Of a stretch of 64,000 nt of DNA, positions 1-10,965 are shown in pieces (position 1 is the first letter of the stretch; the number at the start of each line of letters is the position of its first letter). The notes below the pieces were generated by a model, which saw nothing but the letters and a program-made list of their open reading frames with translations, had not been told where the DNA came from and did no database searches. The stretch covers positions 1,550,001 through 1,614,000 of the forward strand of contig AP026164.1 in the NCBI GenBank assembly GCA_030295235.1, in the 5' to 3' direction. Made by a program: the position numbers and the translations under genes. The DNA is from Fistulifera solaris (taxonomy: Eukaryota).

Positions 1-636
1 GTCCGTACTGGTCCATGAGAATTTCCTCCTCTTCGGCGAAACGATCGGGTGAACGACTTCCTTTTGAAATGAGTTGGTACCATACGCATTGTCCACATAG
101 CTTGGCTGGTAGTACGATTCACTTCCGACGTAATCGCTCGAATAAAAATCACCAAACAAGTCCTGAAAGATGGCCCATGGATCAATCGGCTCATGAAACT
201 GATGCCACGCCGTGTACATGTCGTCTGCACCGTCGGCAGACGGCGTACGCGAGAAGTCGTTGTGCGTTTGTTGATCGCGTCGTCGCAAATAATTGTCGTA
301 TTCTTGCTTTTCTTTCGAAAGGACTTGATATGCTTCCGCGATACGCGCAAAACGATCATTGCCTTCCTGAGTCGTTGTCGTGTTGTCTCCCACCAGTTTG
401 TCCGGATGCCATTGTTGTGCTTGCTTTCGATACGCTTTCTTGATCTCTTTTCACTGTAATCGACATTGCGATCGAGTCCTAGTATCTTGTAGTGATCCCA
501 GTTCTCCCATTCGTATGTGTCATCCATCGCGGTAGAAGCAAACACATGGCGCAGGGGTAAGAAAGGATACGGTGCAAACGTCTGCAGAAAAAAACCACCA
601 GCTGATCAGAAACAGCCGTGACCGCACCGACATCAT
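1..636 (-). CDS. J-domain (DnaJ/Hsp40-type) protein, probably with signal peptide; 3' end runs off the window
   Basis: Manual minus-strand translation: [35 protein letters not shown]...DRFARIAEAYQVLSKEKQEYD (HPD at ~398-408). The likely start MMSVRSRLFLISWWFF at 636 joins only if the A7 run at 588-594 has a 1-bp error. Not in the ORF track. Confidence 0.88.
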
Positions 637-802
637 AGTGAATGCATGAAAGACAAGCACCACAAAGAGCCGAGAAAGCTTCGTATCATTCGTTTTGGTG
701 ATTTACTTTTGCATTTAAGTTTCTTTTTACTGACAAGTGGCATGAGAAATGCTCCAACGCGGCGTGTGATGAAGCTAGAGCGACGAGTGTCTTGTGCACG
801 CT

Positions 803-921
803 CCAGAATTTCTGGGTCCGGTGTTTTGGGTCATACAGAAGAATTTGTGGACGTTCCAGAAATTCTGGAACGTCGGTGTTTTGCGTCACACAGATATTTT
901 GTGGACGCAGAAATTCTGGAA
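803..921. repeat. ~53-bp tandem repeat (about 2.3 copies) containing a perfect palindrome with HSE-like TTC/GAA blocks
   Basis: Units start CCAGAA(T/A)TTCTGG at 803 and 856, with a partial unit at 908. GACGTTCCAGAA-A-TTCTGGAACGTC at 850-874 has 12-bp perfect arms. Confidence 0.8.
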
Positions 922-1402
922 GAATAAATAGCTTTAGTCATATTATGGTTGGCCCTATCCCTAATTTAATACACTCAAGTGTTTTCTTAAATCTGTCGAA
1001 GGGAATAAGCGTGTTTCTCCGTGATGGTAGGGACTGAAATACTCGGAGGTGTATGACGCTGGTTGGAAGGTTTCTATAGGCACTTTGAGATGACAAGGAA
1101 TATGAATTGTCTTCAGGTATGAAGAAATGCATTGGTTTGTCTATGATCGCCGACATCGACGAATGGCGATGTGTAGATACGGAGTACTTTATTAGTCGTA
1201 GCAGTAATTTCCATTATAATTAGGACCGTTTAGCCAGAACTGTTCGAGTTAATCCACATCACACGAGGTAGAAAACTGGCACTCTATCTTGGTGTAGATT
1301 CTTATTCTATTGAAAGGCTTTTACCTATTCGTTTATATCTGACGTCCGACTGCTTTTGACGTACTACTATAGACCAAAGTGTACCCGTCTCTCAACTTTT
1401 CC

Positions 1403-1584
1403 ACGACTGCATTTTCAGTCATGAAGCAAGGATTTTCGAGCCCCGCTGCTACCCACCCTGCTATCGTTTCTTAATGTTGTTGAATGAAATCCCTTTTTTA
1501 AACCTTTTTAGATCGTTGCCTTCCCTTGTTTACTATCTACCAGAGTGTAGACGACGTTTCTTCATGACTGCATTTCAGTCATGA
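1403..1584. repeat. Pair of palindromic GACTGCATTTCAGTCATGA motifs
   Basis: ACGACTGCATTTTCAGTCATGA at 1403-1424 and TCATGACTG-CATTT-CAGTCATGA at 1562-1584. The same motif recurs at 35283, 36436, 36611 and 38894. Confidence 0.8.
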
Positions 1585-1616
1585 GTTCAATTTTGCCGTG
1601 CAAGCAAAAATGCAAC

Positions 1617-1658
1617 TACCGGTACGGTACCGGTACCGGTACCGGGGACCAGGTCCCC
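1617..1658. repeat. GGTACC/CCGG palindromic micro-repeat cluster
   Basis: taccggtacggtaccggtaccggtaccggggaccaggtcccc. Confidence 0.85.
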
Positions 1659-1889
1659 GTATGGTTCCAGGTATGTAACGTAATGTACCAAGTAGATGTT
1701 TTTGCCATGAAACATGAGGGTATTAACGAATGAGTGCAACAGTTCATAAGCTTGTATATTCTACTCTAAAGAACGAGTCGATTATTGAGCAGTTTGTATT
1801 TAAAATAGAAAATTTACACTGCACAATCTCATCGTGCTCAAAGCTGACAAGGACGACCAAGCGAGCGGTCAATACTCAGCATTCATGTC

Positions 1890-3959
1890 TCACCAGATGA
1901 GGTAGGCAAGAAGCAAGCCAACAATCATGCTAATCACAAACAAGACTCCTAATAGAGGGTATGATGCGCCGCTCGTTGCTTCACAACTGGCGTATTCACC
2001 GATGCAGGGCGACTGACAGAAAGGACCAGTCCAGTCGGGAGGGCATTTGCATTTGCCATTAACACAAGAGCTAGCCCGAATAGGCCCGCGACCTTCTACA
2101 GATTCTTCCCAGTTGATTTCGGTTCCCTGATCAGGACTGGGATCAATGGAGAAAAAATTTCCGCAGTCAAAGTTGGTGAAGCATTTACCGCCTCCATGTT
2201 GCACGACAACCAAAGGTTCCTTCTTGATGTACCGAATTGAACGTGTACTTCTCCCAGTTATCTTGGATGTATTGCTTTGTCGGAAATTCTGGCGGATCAC
2301 ATCCTACAGTATGCAGCGGGTCCGATTTGTCTTGATAAACGCGAACGTAATCGATCTCAAACTTTGCAGGTCGACGAGGGTCGATGTCTTTGCAAAGATC
2401 AGCTAGCCAGCCCGTACTTTCAGGGCATCGCAAACAGTTCGGATTGCCACAGTCGAGACAGGTGAGCTGTCCCTCGGGCGAGCACATGCTGTACCGACAA
2501 GCAAGGGTCATCTGGTCGACAGCCGTTCCACCCCCACCTGTGTATCGATACAAAACGTTGCTGTGAGAGAAGAGCGAGAATGGATCCAAATTAATGACAT
2601 TCGCATTAGTAGTTCCTACCTTGTCGAAACGTCTGTATTCAAGACTATTCGATGTTATTTGAAACGTGAGAGGGATCAGGTATCACTGACGTAAAAATAC
2701 ACGGTTTACCAACTTACTCAAGTACATTGCTTCCGAAGGGAATAACGGGAAAGGCATCGGGCGAACCAGGACGATTCTTGAGCATGTCTGCTGTGATGTC
2801 ATAGATCAATTTGTCTCCATTATAGAAACGAACGTAGCCATCATCGCTACCTGTTTGCCATTCGGTCCGAATGACATTGTGGTACTCTTCATAAAAACGC
2901 TCATCATGGTTCCAGTTGGCCGATAAACCATCTTGCCAGACTTCGGGGATTTTGTGGATAACCTGACCATACCAAAAATTGTTGATCATTCGGGGGTTGG
3001 TATCGGTCAAGTTGCTGATTCCTTCGCCTGCATAAGCCCGTCCGCCCATCGGATAGAGTTCAGGGTACCACTCTCCTTTCAACGGCATGTTCGGGGTGAA
3101 GGGTCGGGATGTAAGAAGCGATTCGGGTGAAACTTGCAGGGAAGATGAAATCAGAGGACGATTGAGGCTATACTCGCGTTTTTTTTGTCAACAAAAGCCA
3201 CTTTCTTGTACTCCAGAATGAAATCTCCAGGCTGCGCTTCGATGATATCGATTTCAGGACTTCCGCGTCCTTTTCCGTCGCGGCAGTTGGAGATTCGTTG
3301 AGCCGCGTCCGCTTCCACAGCTTCCGCGGAAGTTCCGCACTGATCATAACTCCACGGCCAAATTCCTGCTGTACTTTCCATGTAGCTGGGACGAGCAAGA
3401 TTTCCAAGCATCTAATAGCACATGCTGTCAGTTACAATGATTTGAAATACAGACGTGTGTCTTTCCAGCGCATACGCATTACCCAAAATGCCGGCCACAA
3501 TCCTCCCTCGCAATGCCTTTCCCGGCAGTTTGAACGAAATCTCAATCATTCCGGACGTGAAAGCAGAACTTGTTCCAAGTCGTGACCATGCCAGATGAAT
3601 AAACACGAGAAAAGGAGTATTCTTTCCCAGTGTTTGGGTCGTATTCCCTTCCAAGTTGCGTTTTGACGCGCCGTCTCAATGACAAGATTCCCGTCAGCGG
3701 GTCTTGACAAAGGAGCTGTTGTAGTACTGTATGGCGGCGTTAGGGATACCAGGGCGATCCTCTGCTGTCCAGCGTGTATCGTGACCGTCCACGAATGATC
3801 GTTTCTCGTCTTCGAACTCATCGGAAAAGATCAAATGGAGCAGTCGGTCACCCATGCCTTTCACCGTGTGCTTTAACGGGAGTGCTGGCGTCGACCCATC
3901 GGCTGGCGTGCCGAGCTGACCAGGATCACTAATAAGAGAAGCACTTTCGAGTTTGTCAT
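1890..3959 (-). CDS. GH16 KRE6/SKN1-like beta-1,6-transglycosylase (diatom TGS-type) with signal peptide, EGF-like domain and C-terminal TM; spliced, with frameshifts
   Basis: Start MTNSKVLLLLVILVSSA at 3959; LIFSDEFE; FTSGMIEISFKLPG; LWPAFW|MLGNLARPSY; WPWSYDQC; GRGSPEIDIIEA (ExDxxE catalytic motif); FEIDYVRVYQ; CVNGKCKCPPDWTGPFC; hydrophobic C-terminus. Introns near 3412-3482 and ~2620-2715. Confidence 0.88.
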
Positions 3960-4191
3960 TGTCGTAAACAATAAAGAGGCTTTACTGTCAACAACTGTTT
4001 CAATGAAAGAAAATAAGACGATCGCTTTGGAAACGAACACATTCCCGTTTGCGCGCGCGACGGCCTGACCGGTCCGACGTATTGTTTTTCTAACTACTTC
4101 TTCATTATAAAGACGAAAAGGTCCGTTGACCGTTACGGCAACGTTATCGCATCCCGGGTGGATGACGCATCAAACGATTTCGTGACTGAAT

Positions 4192-4220
4192 ACGTCATGG
4201 ATGTGACGTAGGAGTGACGT
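4192..4220. promoter_or_regulatory. Three TGACGT (bZIP/aureochrome-type) motifs in a divergent promoter
   Basis: ACGTCA at 4192, TGACGT at 4204 and 4215, between the divergent GH16 and thioredoxin-like genes. Confidence 0.45.
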
Positions 4221-4356
4221 GTTTCTTACAACCCGCTTTTCAATCTTTTTGTTTTGTATCGGAACGCGGCGGAGGCTTTCGAAGGCAAAATACTGCTGAA
4301 CTCTGTAACCCAAATCAATTGCATTAACTCTTACAGACGCCCTAAGCGATATCGCC

Positions 4357-5028
4357 ATGCCGCCTCCCAGTGAAGAGAAAACGGAGATGGAGCTGCTGAT
4401 CGGCGACACCCTTTTGACATCGAGTACCAAAGCCAAGGCCAAGAAAGGATTGTTTTCCTCAAAAGAGACGAAGGAACTAATGGCAGAGAAAGATTTTGTG
4501 CTTTTATACTTTTCAGCTAGCTTCAATGCTCCTTGTCAAGCGTTCACGCCGACGTTGATCGACTTTTATAAGAATTACAACAAGTCAGGCCGCTTTGAAG
4601 TCGTCTTGGTCTCTCTAGATACATCAGAGGATGCTTTCAATGAGTATTACGGAAAAATGCCATGGCTGGCTATGCAAGATAAGGAGATGATAAAGTCTCT
4701 CATAAAGAAGTTACGAATAGAAGAATATCCAAAGTTGGCCATTGTGCAAAACCAGACGGGATTTTTTCTGACGCTTAACGGTCAAAAACAGTTTGACGAA
4801 CTCGAGAAACCAGGTGATGCATCGAAGCTACCAGATATGTGGAAGGGAATGAAAGCAAAACCACTAGACCGGGATGCAGGGGAGCAAGTTCAGATGACTT
4901 TCATGCAAATGGTGAAAGATACTTTACGAAACGGCTTCATTTTCTTCATCCTCTTAACCTTGTACACCTACGTGCTACCTCTTATCAAGAAAACGTTACA
5001 AGGCATGGGAAACAAAAGTGAACTCTAA
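4357..5028 (+). CDS. Nucleoredoxin/tryparedoxin-like thioredoxin-fold protein with degenerate active site and C-terminal TM
   Basis: VLLYFSASFNAPCQAFTPTLIDFY...FEVVLVSLDTSEDAFNEYYGKMPWLA matches the nucleoredoxin pattern; TM segment GFIFFILLTLYTYVLPLI. Confidence 0.85.
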   Translation: MPPPSEEKTEMELLIGDTLLTSSTKAKAKKGLFSSKETKELMAEKDFVLLYFSASFNAPCQAFTPTLIDFYKNYNKSGRFEVVLVSLDTSEDAFNEYYGKMPWLAMQDKEMIKSLIKKLRIEEYPKLAIVQNQTGFFLTLNGQKQFDELEKPGDASKLPDMWKGMKAKPLDRDAGEQVQMTFMQMVKDTLRNGFIFFILLTLYTYVLPLIKKTLQGMGNKSEL

Positions 5029-5106
5029 TAGCTGAAAAAACACAACACTACTTTGTGTTTAAGAAAGTTTTGAAAATAGAAACACCATGTCTCTAAGATG
5101 CAGTGA

Positions 5107-6607
5107 CTAGTGTGGACCATATCGAACTTGGGGACTCCCGTATCCGTGCTGTGGAATGGAACGAGCAACTCTTCGACTTGGAACACTCATACCCCATGGA
5201 GCCGATGAATGGCGCGGAAGCTGCTGCGACGGAGTCTGAAAGGGTCCGGATGGATGATAGTAGTGCTCGTTTGGATATTGTGGCTGTGGTGTAGTGACGT
5301 CCCGATATGCGAATTCGCGAGGTGCCAGCCAAGGAGTTGGCGGCGGAAAGGAATAATGCACTGGTGGATGCCCACACAGTGGCACGTTGACCTGGAATGG
5401 CGACTGTTGCATCTTATCAGCGTTTGGCTGCAGATACCGACTTCTAGGATACGGCGTTTGGTGAGGCGGACGTTGATAAGCCGGTCTCTCATATCGATGA
5501 GAAGTCGAAGTCTGAGAAGGTGGGTGGAAAGCCATCGAAATGGAGTCGTTTCCTGTGATTTTCGATGGTTGCATTGCTGTCGTGTAGTCACGTTGTTGCG
5601 TGCTTACTGCATATGCAGCGGGATTATGCGGAGATACGGCATCCGCAGGAAAACTCCTGATTCTCCATCGCACTACCCTGATGTTGCTCGAAGATGGATT
5701 GTGAATTTTTGTCGAAGGACACACCCGCGAAGTGCGTTTCATTCATAGGAGTACCACCAAAAAGCTTTGGAGACGGAGAAGCACACTCTTGTCCACCGGT
5801 ATATTGGCCATGGTGTCGTGATCCATGGTCGCCAGTGCCCTGATGCTTTTCACCGATATGAAGATGAGCCTTATATCATCAGGCGAAACATCCAACAATT
5901 TTGCCCACTCCATGACAGCATTGCCAATATGATCCGAAAGGACGTTGGGTTCGGGCAGTTGAGGAAGAAGACAGAGATGCTGTTTCTGCTTACGGTGATA
6001 GTATTCCTGGCGTAATTTCGTTTTCTCGGGTCGCATCGCATCGACCATTTGCATCAGATAGAACACCGCATCATGTGTATCGTTGACCATCATCATGCGA
6101 GGAGGATTCTTATTCTGTTCGTTTTTGGAATCGTGCCACGTATCGAGCAAGTCAAGAGCTCGCCGAACAAAGGAGCTACAATCTGCCATCGCCTCTTGCT
6201 GTGTCGCAAAAGGCATTACGAAGAAGACCACTATGGTTTGGAAATGCTCCAGAAAGTCCGGAAGACCGTCCAAATCATCTTCCTTGATGCATTCGAGATC
6301 ATGGAGATAGTAAGCTCGTATCGCCAAGCTTGTTCCGCACGGTAGAATGATGTGAGCGCCGGAGAGTCGTGTGTGTACTCGCATCTTCTCACAGTAGTCT
6401 CGCAACTGAATCTCAAGTTCTGTTGGTGATAAAGAACAACTTAGCCTTGTAGCGTTTTCTGAAAAACTGAAAACAAGCTTTTGCCTTTTGACTTACCGGA
6501 CGGTCTTGTAGTGTTCGAGCGAGCCACCAAGATTGTTTGAAACCGCTTTGCGGTGGTGACATTTTGGCAGCGGCCGCACCTTTACTTGTAGCGTTAATAT
6601 TATTCAT
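5107..6607 (-). CDS. Hypothetical protein, possibly ERCC1/PTD/SPO16-like (alpha/beta core + HhH), with a P/Q/Y-rich tail; frameshifted across three ORFs
   Basis: ORFs 6413-6757, 5743-6405 and 5107-5742 are contiguous on the same strand; start MNNINATS at 6607. DIRLIFISVKSIRALATMDHDTMANIP...LLRLQSF resembles the XPF/ERCC1-family HhH segment. Confidence 0.5.
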
Positions 6608-7150
6608 GGAAAACTGCGAAACGATTTCAATCTGCAACAAGGATATTCGACGCAGTAATTCAGTGAAATAAAATGAATTTCCGAAGGAAAATGAATGATT
6701 GTATAGCTTCAAAACGATCATAAAACCTTTTGACGAACGCAATGATGCAACGGGCAAAAAGAAGTCGTCGGATGCATTTTTTTCTTGATTTTTTCTGTCA
6801 AACCATTGTGAGTCACGAGCGAAATCCCGTCTCGATGGCGAGATACCAGTACATTTTGTGAATACAGTGCAACAACTTTAAGCCAACGATCTAGGGGGAT
6901 TTCGACGCAAACAAAGAAGCGGGGAAATGCGAAAGTTGCTGATACTCCAACTTCGTAAATAGGAGTTTTCAGAGCTAGAGTGTTATTTAAAGGCATTATT
7001 GCAAGACCCGTGCTTAGTGCGACGTGTAAACATTAATTTAACCAATATTTTTTTGAATCATTTCAGAAATCCAGTCACGGCAAAAACGAACCAGACTTTG
7101 GACCATAGTATATATTGCTACCTCTGTTAAGGTTAAGGATACATGCCTTA

Positions 7151-7190
7151 TACCCGGTACCGGGGTACCGGTACGGTACCTGCCGGTACC
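7151..7190. repeat. GGTACC/CCGG cluster in a divergent intergenic region
   Basis: tacccggtaccggggtaccggtacggtacctgccggtacc. Confidence 0.85.
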
Positions 7191-7349
7191 AAGTAAACGG
7201 AAAATAATAGAAAAGGCTACGAAGACCCAAGCCAAAAAAACTTCAAACCTTCGGGCGTCCATTATCCATTACCCCGGAGTATTATTTTTTGAGTTGCGGT
7301 CGTGGTGATTAAGAACAATAGCCATCAACTTACGCATTAGTATCTCAGA

Positions 7350-9045
7350 ATGGCGTCCTCTTATGATCCGAGCGTCATTATTCAAGCCGCAGAAGAAAAG
7401 CTATTCAATGGCGATTTTGAAGGAGGTCAAATGATTTATCAGTCGGCGTTGTTGACTTGGGTCGACGATGCCCGGGAAGGAGTCAGTAAAGTTGACCCGG
7501 AAACGATTCAAGAAGCTGTAGCATCCTTGTGGCTAGCTTATGCTGCTTTCCTTACGAAAGCGAAACAATTCAAATCCGCCACAGAGGCATACGAGCAGGC
7601 GGTGGCGTGTCAAATAGCGGGGTCGGTCGGTCGCGTCTGGCTTGAGTACGCGCGATTTGCGGAAGATAGAGGAAAACTCAAAACAGCGCAAGATATATAC
7701 ATAAGAGCATTGATAGGAGAGGGAGGAAAGCCGTCTTCGATTGTAGACGAACAGGATCAGAATCTTCTTTGGAATGAATTCTTGGAAATGATGAGAAAGT
7801 CGAATTCGGATCTAACTCTCCCTGCATTGCAATCCGCCGTTTACGCTGAGCAAAACGGGGTCCATTTAACGTCTGCAGCACCGGAACCGACTCCGTCATC
7901 GGTTCCTTCATCTAACTTGGGACAATCACGGAAGCGGACGAGTGAAGTATTGAATACGGACAATACGGAATTGTCCGGTGGAACACCGTCGTTAACACAC
8001 GTTGTGACAGCTGAATCCGTGGACATTGAGTCAAAGGCATTTGCCGAAGAACTTCAGCATCAGAGCTTACCTCCCGACATAGCCGCCGCTTGGATGGTTC
8101 GCGATGGTAACGGACCAGCTCTGCCACCAGAGCCACCACTTTTTGAGCCATCGCCACCGAAACTCGCAGACCCTGTAAGTCATATCAGGATCTACGTAAG
8201 AAAGGTTTGCATCTAATTCTAACAATTTCTCTTTCTTATTTTAGACGGCAAAGGATATTCTTGGGGTGGATATGGCACTTCAGCTCGTCGAGCGAATTTT
8301 GAGCCCTTCTGGATCAATCTTACTGGAGGTGTGCCGCGGTTTGTGGAGCATGCAAGCTCTACAGGAGAAGAAGTCAAACGAAGCTGTGGATGCACTCGAT
8401 ACTACAATGAAAGCTGAATCAGAAAAACTGGAGGTGTCTCTTGAATCGCGTCTGACCGTGGCTAGTGGCGAAGCGGTTCTGGCCATGAATGCAAATGCTC
8501 GTTCGGAGTTTCAAAATACATGCGGACAGCAGAGACAAGGTTTACTCACTGGTATAGCTTGGGAATTCCGAAACTTGCTTTACATTCAGCAACAAATTCT
8601 CAGCAAAATGAAGGTTCCGGGATTCGAAGGCCCGACAGTAGATCCGAATACGATTGACCTGCAAGCAAGAGTATGCTCGTATCTTCACTCCGCTTTCTTT
8701 TTACGAACACGAGTGGGAAAAGAGCCGCATGTTACTATGCTGAAAGGACATATAAACGCTCTTCAGAAAGAAAAGGAAAGGCAACCATCAAATAGCCCTA
8801 TTCCACGATCATTCGGAGGTCAGCAACCGCCCATAGTGCCGCCTCCACAGAACAACTATAACTACATGATGTCGCAAATGCAATACCAGCAGGAGCAACA
8901 GCCGGGTATGATCATGATGCAGCATCCTGGCCAAATGAACATGTATAACAATCAAATGCAGGTGCCAATGCCTCCGCCACCACCAGGATTTTACGGGAAC
9001 CAGAAGCAACAATATCCGCCGCCCCCGCCTCCTTACTATCGGTAG
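7350..9045 (+). CDS. HAT/TPR-repeat protein with P/Q/M-rich C-terminus (likely RNA-processing factor); intron 8175-8244
   Basis: LWLAYAAFLTK...AYEQAV and VWLEYARFAEDRGKLKTAQDIYIRAL are HAT repeats; a GTAAGT...TTTTAG intron joins ORFs 7350 and 8266. Confidence 0.75.
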
Positions 9046-9263
9046 TTCCTGTTTGTGGGCTACACGCTGAGTACACATATTTTTTTAGTTGCTAAACATT
9101 CATTATATATGGGATACATTTTCGACGATTTTCGACCCGTTGAACAAAGGTATTATCATCTGTCTTTCGTTCACCGTAGGCAATATATTCGTTTTGGGCG
9201 ATGAAAGTGAACAAGTGCCCACTTCGTGCTTGCTCATCCGACAAAAGATACGGAGTAGTTATT

Positions 9264-10639
9264 TTAGTAGCTACACGCATTCGTGTTGCGGGTGGCCTGA
9301 ACCAGTGCGTCTCGAGATTTACACCCAGCCAAACAACCTGCGGGGAAAGTAGGATCTTCCTGGACTGGAAGCGGAGTTTCCCCAAAACTCCACTGACACT
9401 CCTGCGTTACAAAATTGGGCGAAACAGTTAATGGTAAGCCCAATTCTTGCTGAAAAAATTCTTGCGCCGGTATCTTGCATTGGTGCAAGCATAGGCCCTG
9501 CATCCACTCTCTTGTAGGAATTTGCATTTTTCGACAATTAAGCCGCCAAGCTGCCCGTCTTTACGAAGATTGGGTCGTGATGGACCCACCAAGAAGCCAA
9601 AGAAAGTGGGCGTGACAAACGATGTAAGCCATGGCGCGTAAAACCATGGGCCCAGCTGCTTTCCATCCATGTCGTTCCCAAGTTTCGGAACAATACCCGA
9701 CATGAAAATTCGGTAAAAAGGAGGTAGCACAGGAGTCATTAAATCGCCTAGCGTAGATTTCACCATCTTATGCTGCGATTCGGCTGTTTGTCCTTCTTGC
9801 AGCATAAATTTCTGACCCTGTTCCAGGAGCCCTTGTATGCCCGCCTTCGTACTCGAAACTCCCCCAGTATTCTTCTCCACGAAATTACGAAAGAGCCAAA
9901 GAAGAAATTGATCCAGAGCACTTTCCGTGTATACCATATCTTCTAACTCACAATCAGCAATTAGTGGCTCACCACGGATACTTCTTACTTGAACAAACGC
10001 ATCGACATTGTCGCCTTTCACGGCATCTTTGTAAGGTATATCTTGCACATTGGGCAGTTGAGTTCTCGGAATGCGATTGGGACTCAAGAAAGATGCCGTC
10101 GCTACATAAGCATTGTAATCGAACCGTAGCATTTTTCCCAATAATTGATAGCGCCGAAATTCGAGCACCTTTCGTCGTAACGACAAATTTCGCGACATGA
10201 GTTCCTCCTGGATTATCAATTGATCAATATCATCGCACACTTTTAAAATAGTATCTACGGTTGCCGATGAGTCTGGTTGTACCAAGGTACCCATTGCGAC
10301 GCCTATGCATTCTACCAACTCCTGTGCTTCAGCAAATAATCTTCCCCAAGCAGACGATGTATAAATTTTGTCGGCCAAGTCGATGGCTGCTGTAGCACTT
10401 TCGGCTAGCTCAAGGGCCGCTTTTTCGGATATAGGGGAGGCTGATGACTCCTGCGAGTCACTTCCTCGAATGGTTTCGAGTAAAGAAGAAGTGCGATAAG
10501 AAGGTGTGATGATACGATGGGCAGTCATCGGAAGTGTTTGAAAACTCGAAGACACGTCGGTGAGTAATATAAGCGCCGCTAAGCATGTCGTTGTCATGCG
10601 CCATTGACTGCATCTTTGCCAAATAATCGTTGAATCCAT
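9264..10639 (-). CDS. D27: Plastid-targeted beta-carotene isomerase D27-like protein; frameshift at ~9500
   Basis: Presequence ...DVSSSFQT; TPTFFGFLVGP; VEKCKFLQESGC/GLCLHQCKIPAQEFFQQELGLPLTVSPNFVTQECQWSFG is the D27 Cys-rich signature. Confidence 0.85.
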
Positions 10640-10965
10640 GAGATGGCCCGGGTCTTGATTGTTTCTTTGCTGTTATTTGAATTTTTCTTTAACTTTCTTT
10701 GTTTGCCTTACGCGGAGTATTTATTAAGTTCCTGGTGTGTCAGAAATAAAGACAAATTGCTGCTCTGTCGCTCCGCTTCGATACTTTGTATCCTGTGACT
10801 GTTGTGACTGTGACGTGTTCTTCAAGTCTGCGACGAACGGATGCGCTTTCAACGAAAGGCGCACCGGTTTTGAAGATCTCCATTCTCGGATCTCCAGCGA
10901 AAAAAGGCAAATAAACAAACACTTCCAACAAAGAGCGTCATTCATTCATTGGTTCACAACACAAG

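Noticed and set aside
803..921. Repeat-spacer appearance like a mini CRISPR array
   Set aside because: The spacers are themselves similar (a tandem duplication), there are no cas genes and the context is eukaryotic.
5740..5745. In-frame TGA immediately followed by ATG joining two ORFs (possible selenocysteine or readthrough)
   Set aside because: A 1-bp correction in the nearby A run gives a more natural continuation (QSFFGGTPMNETHF); no redox motif or SECIS was seen.
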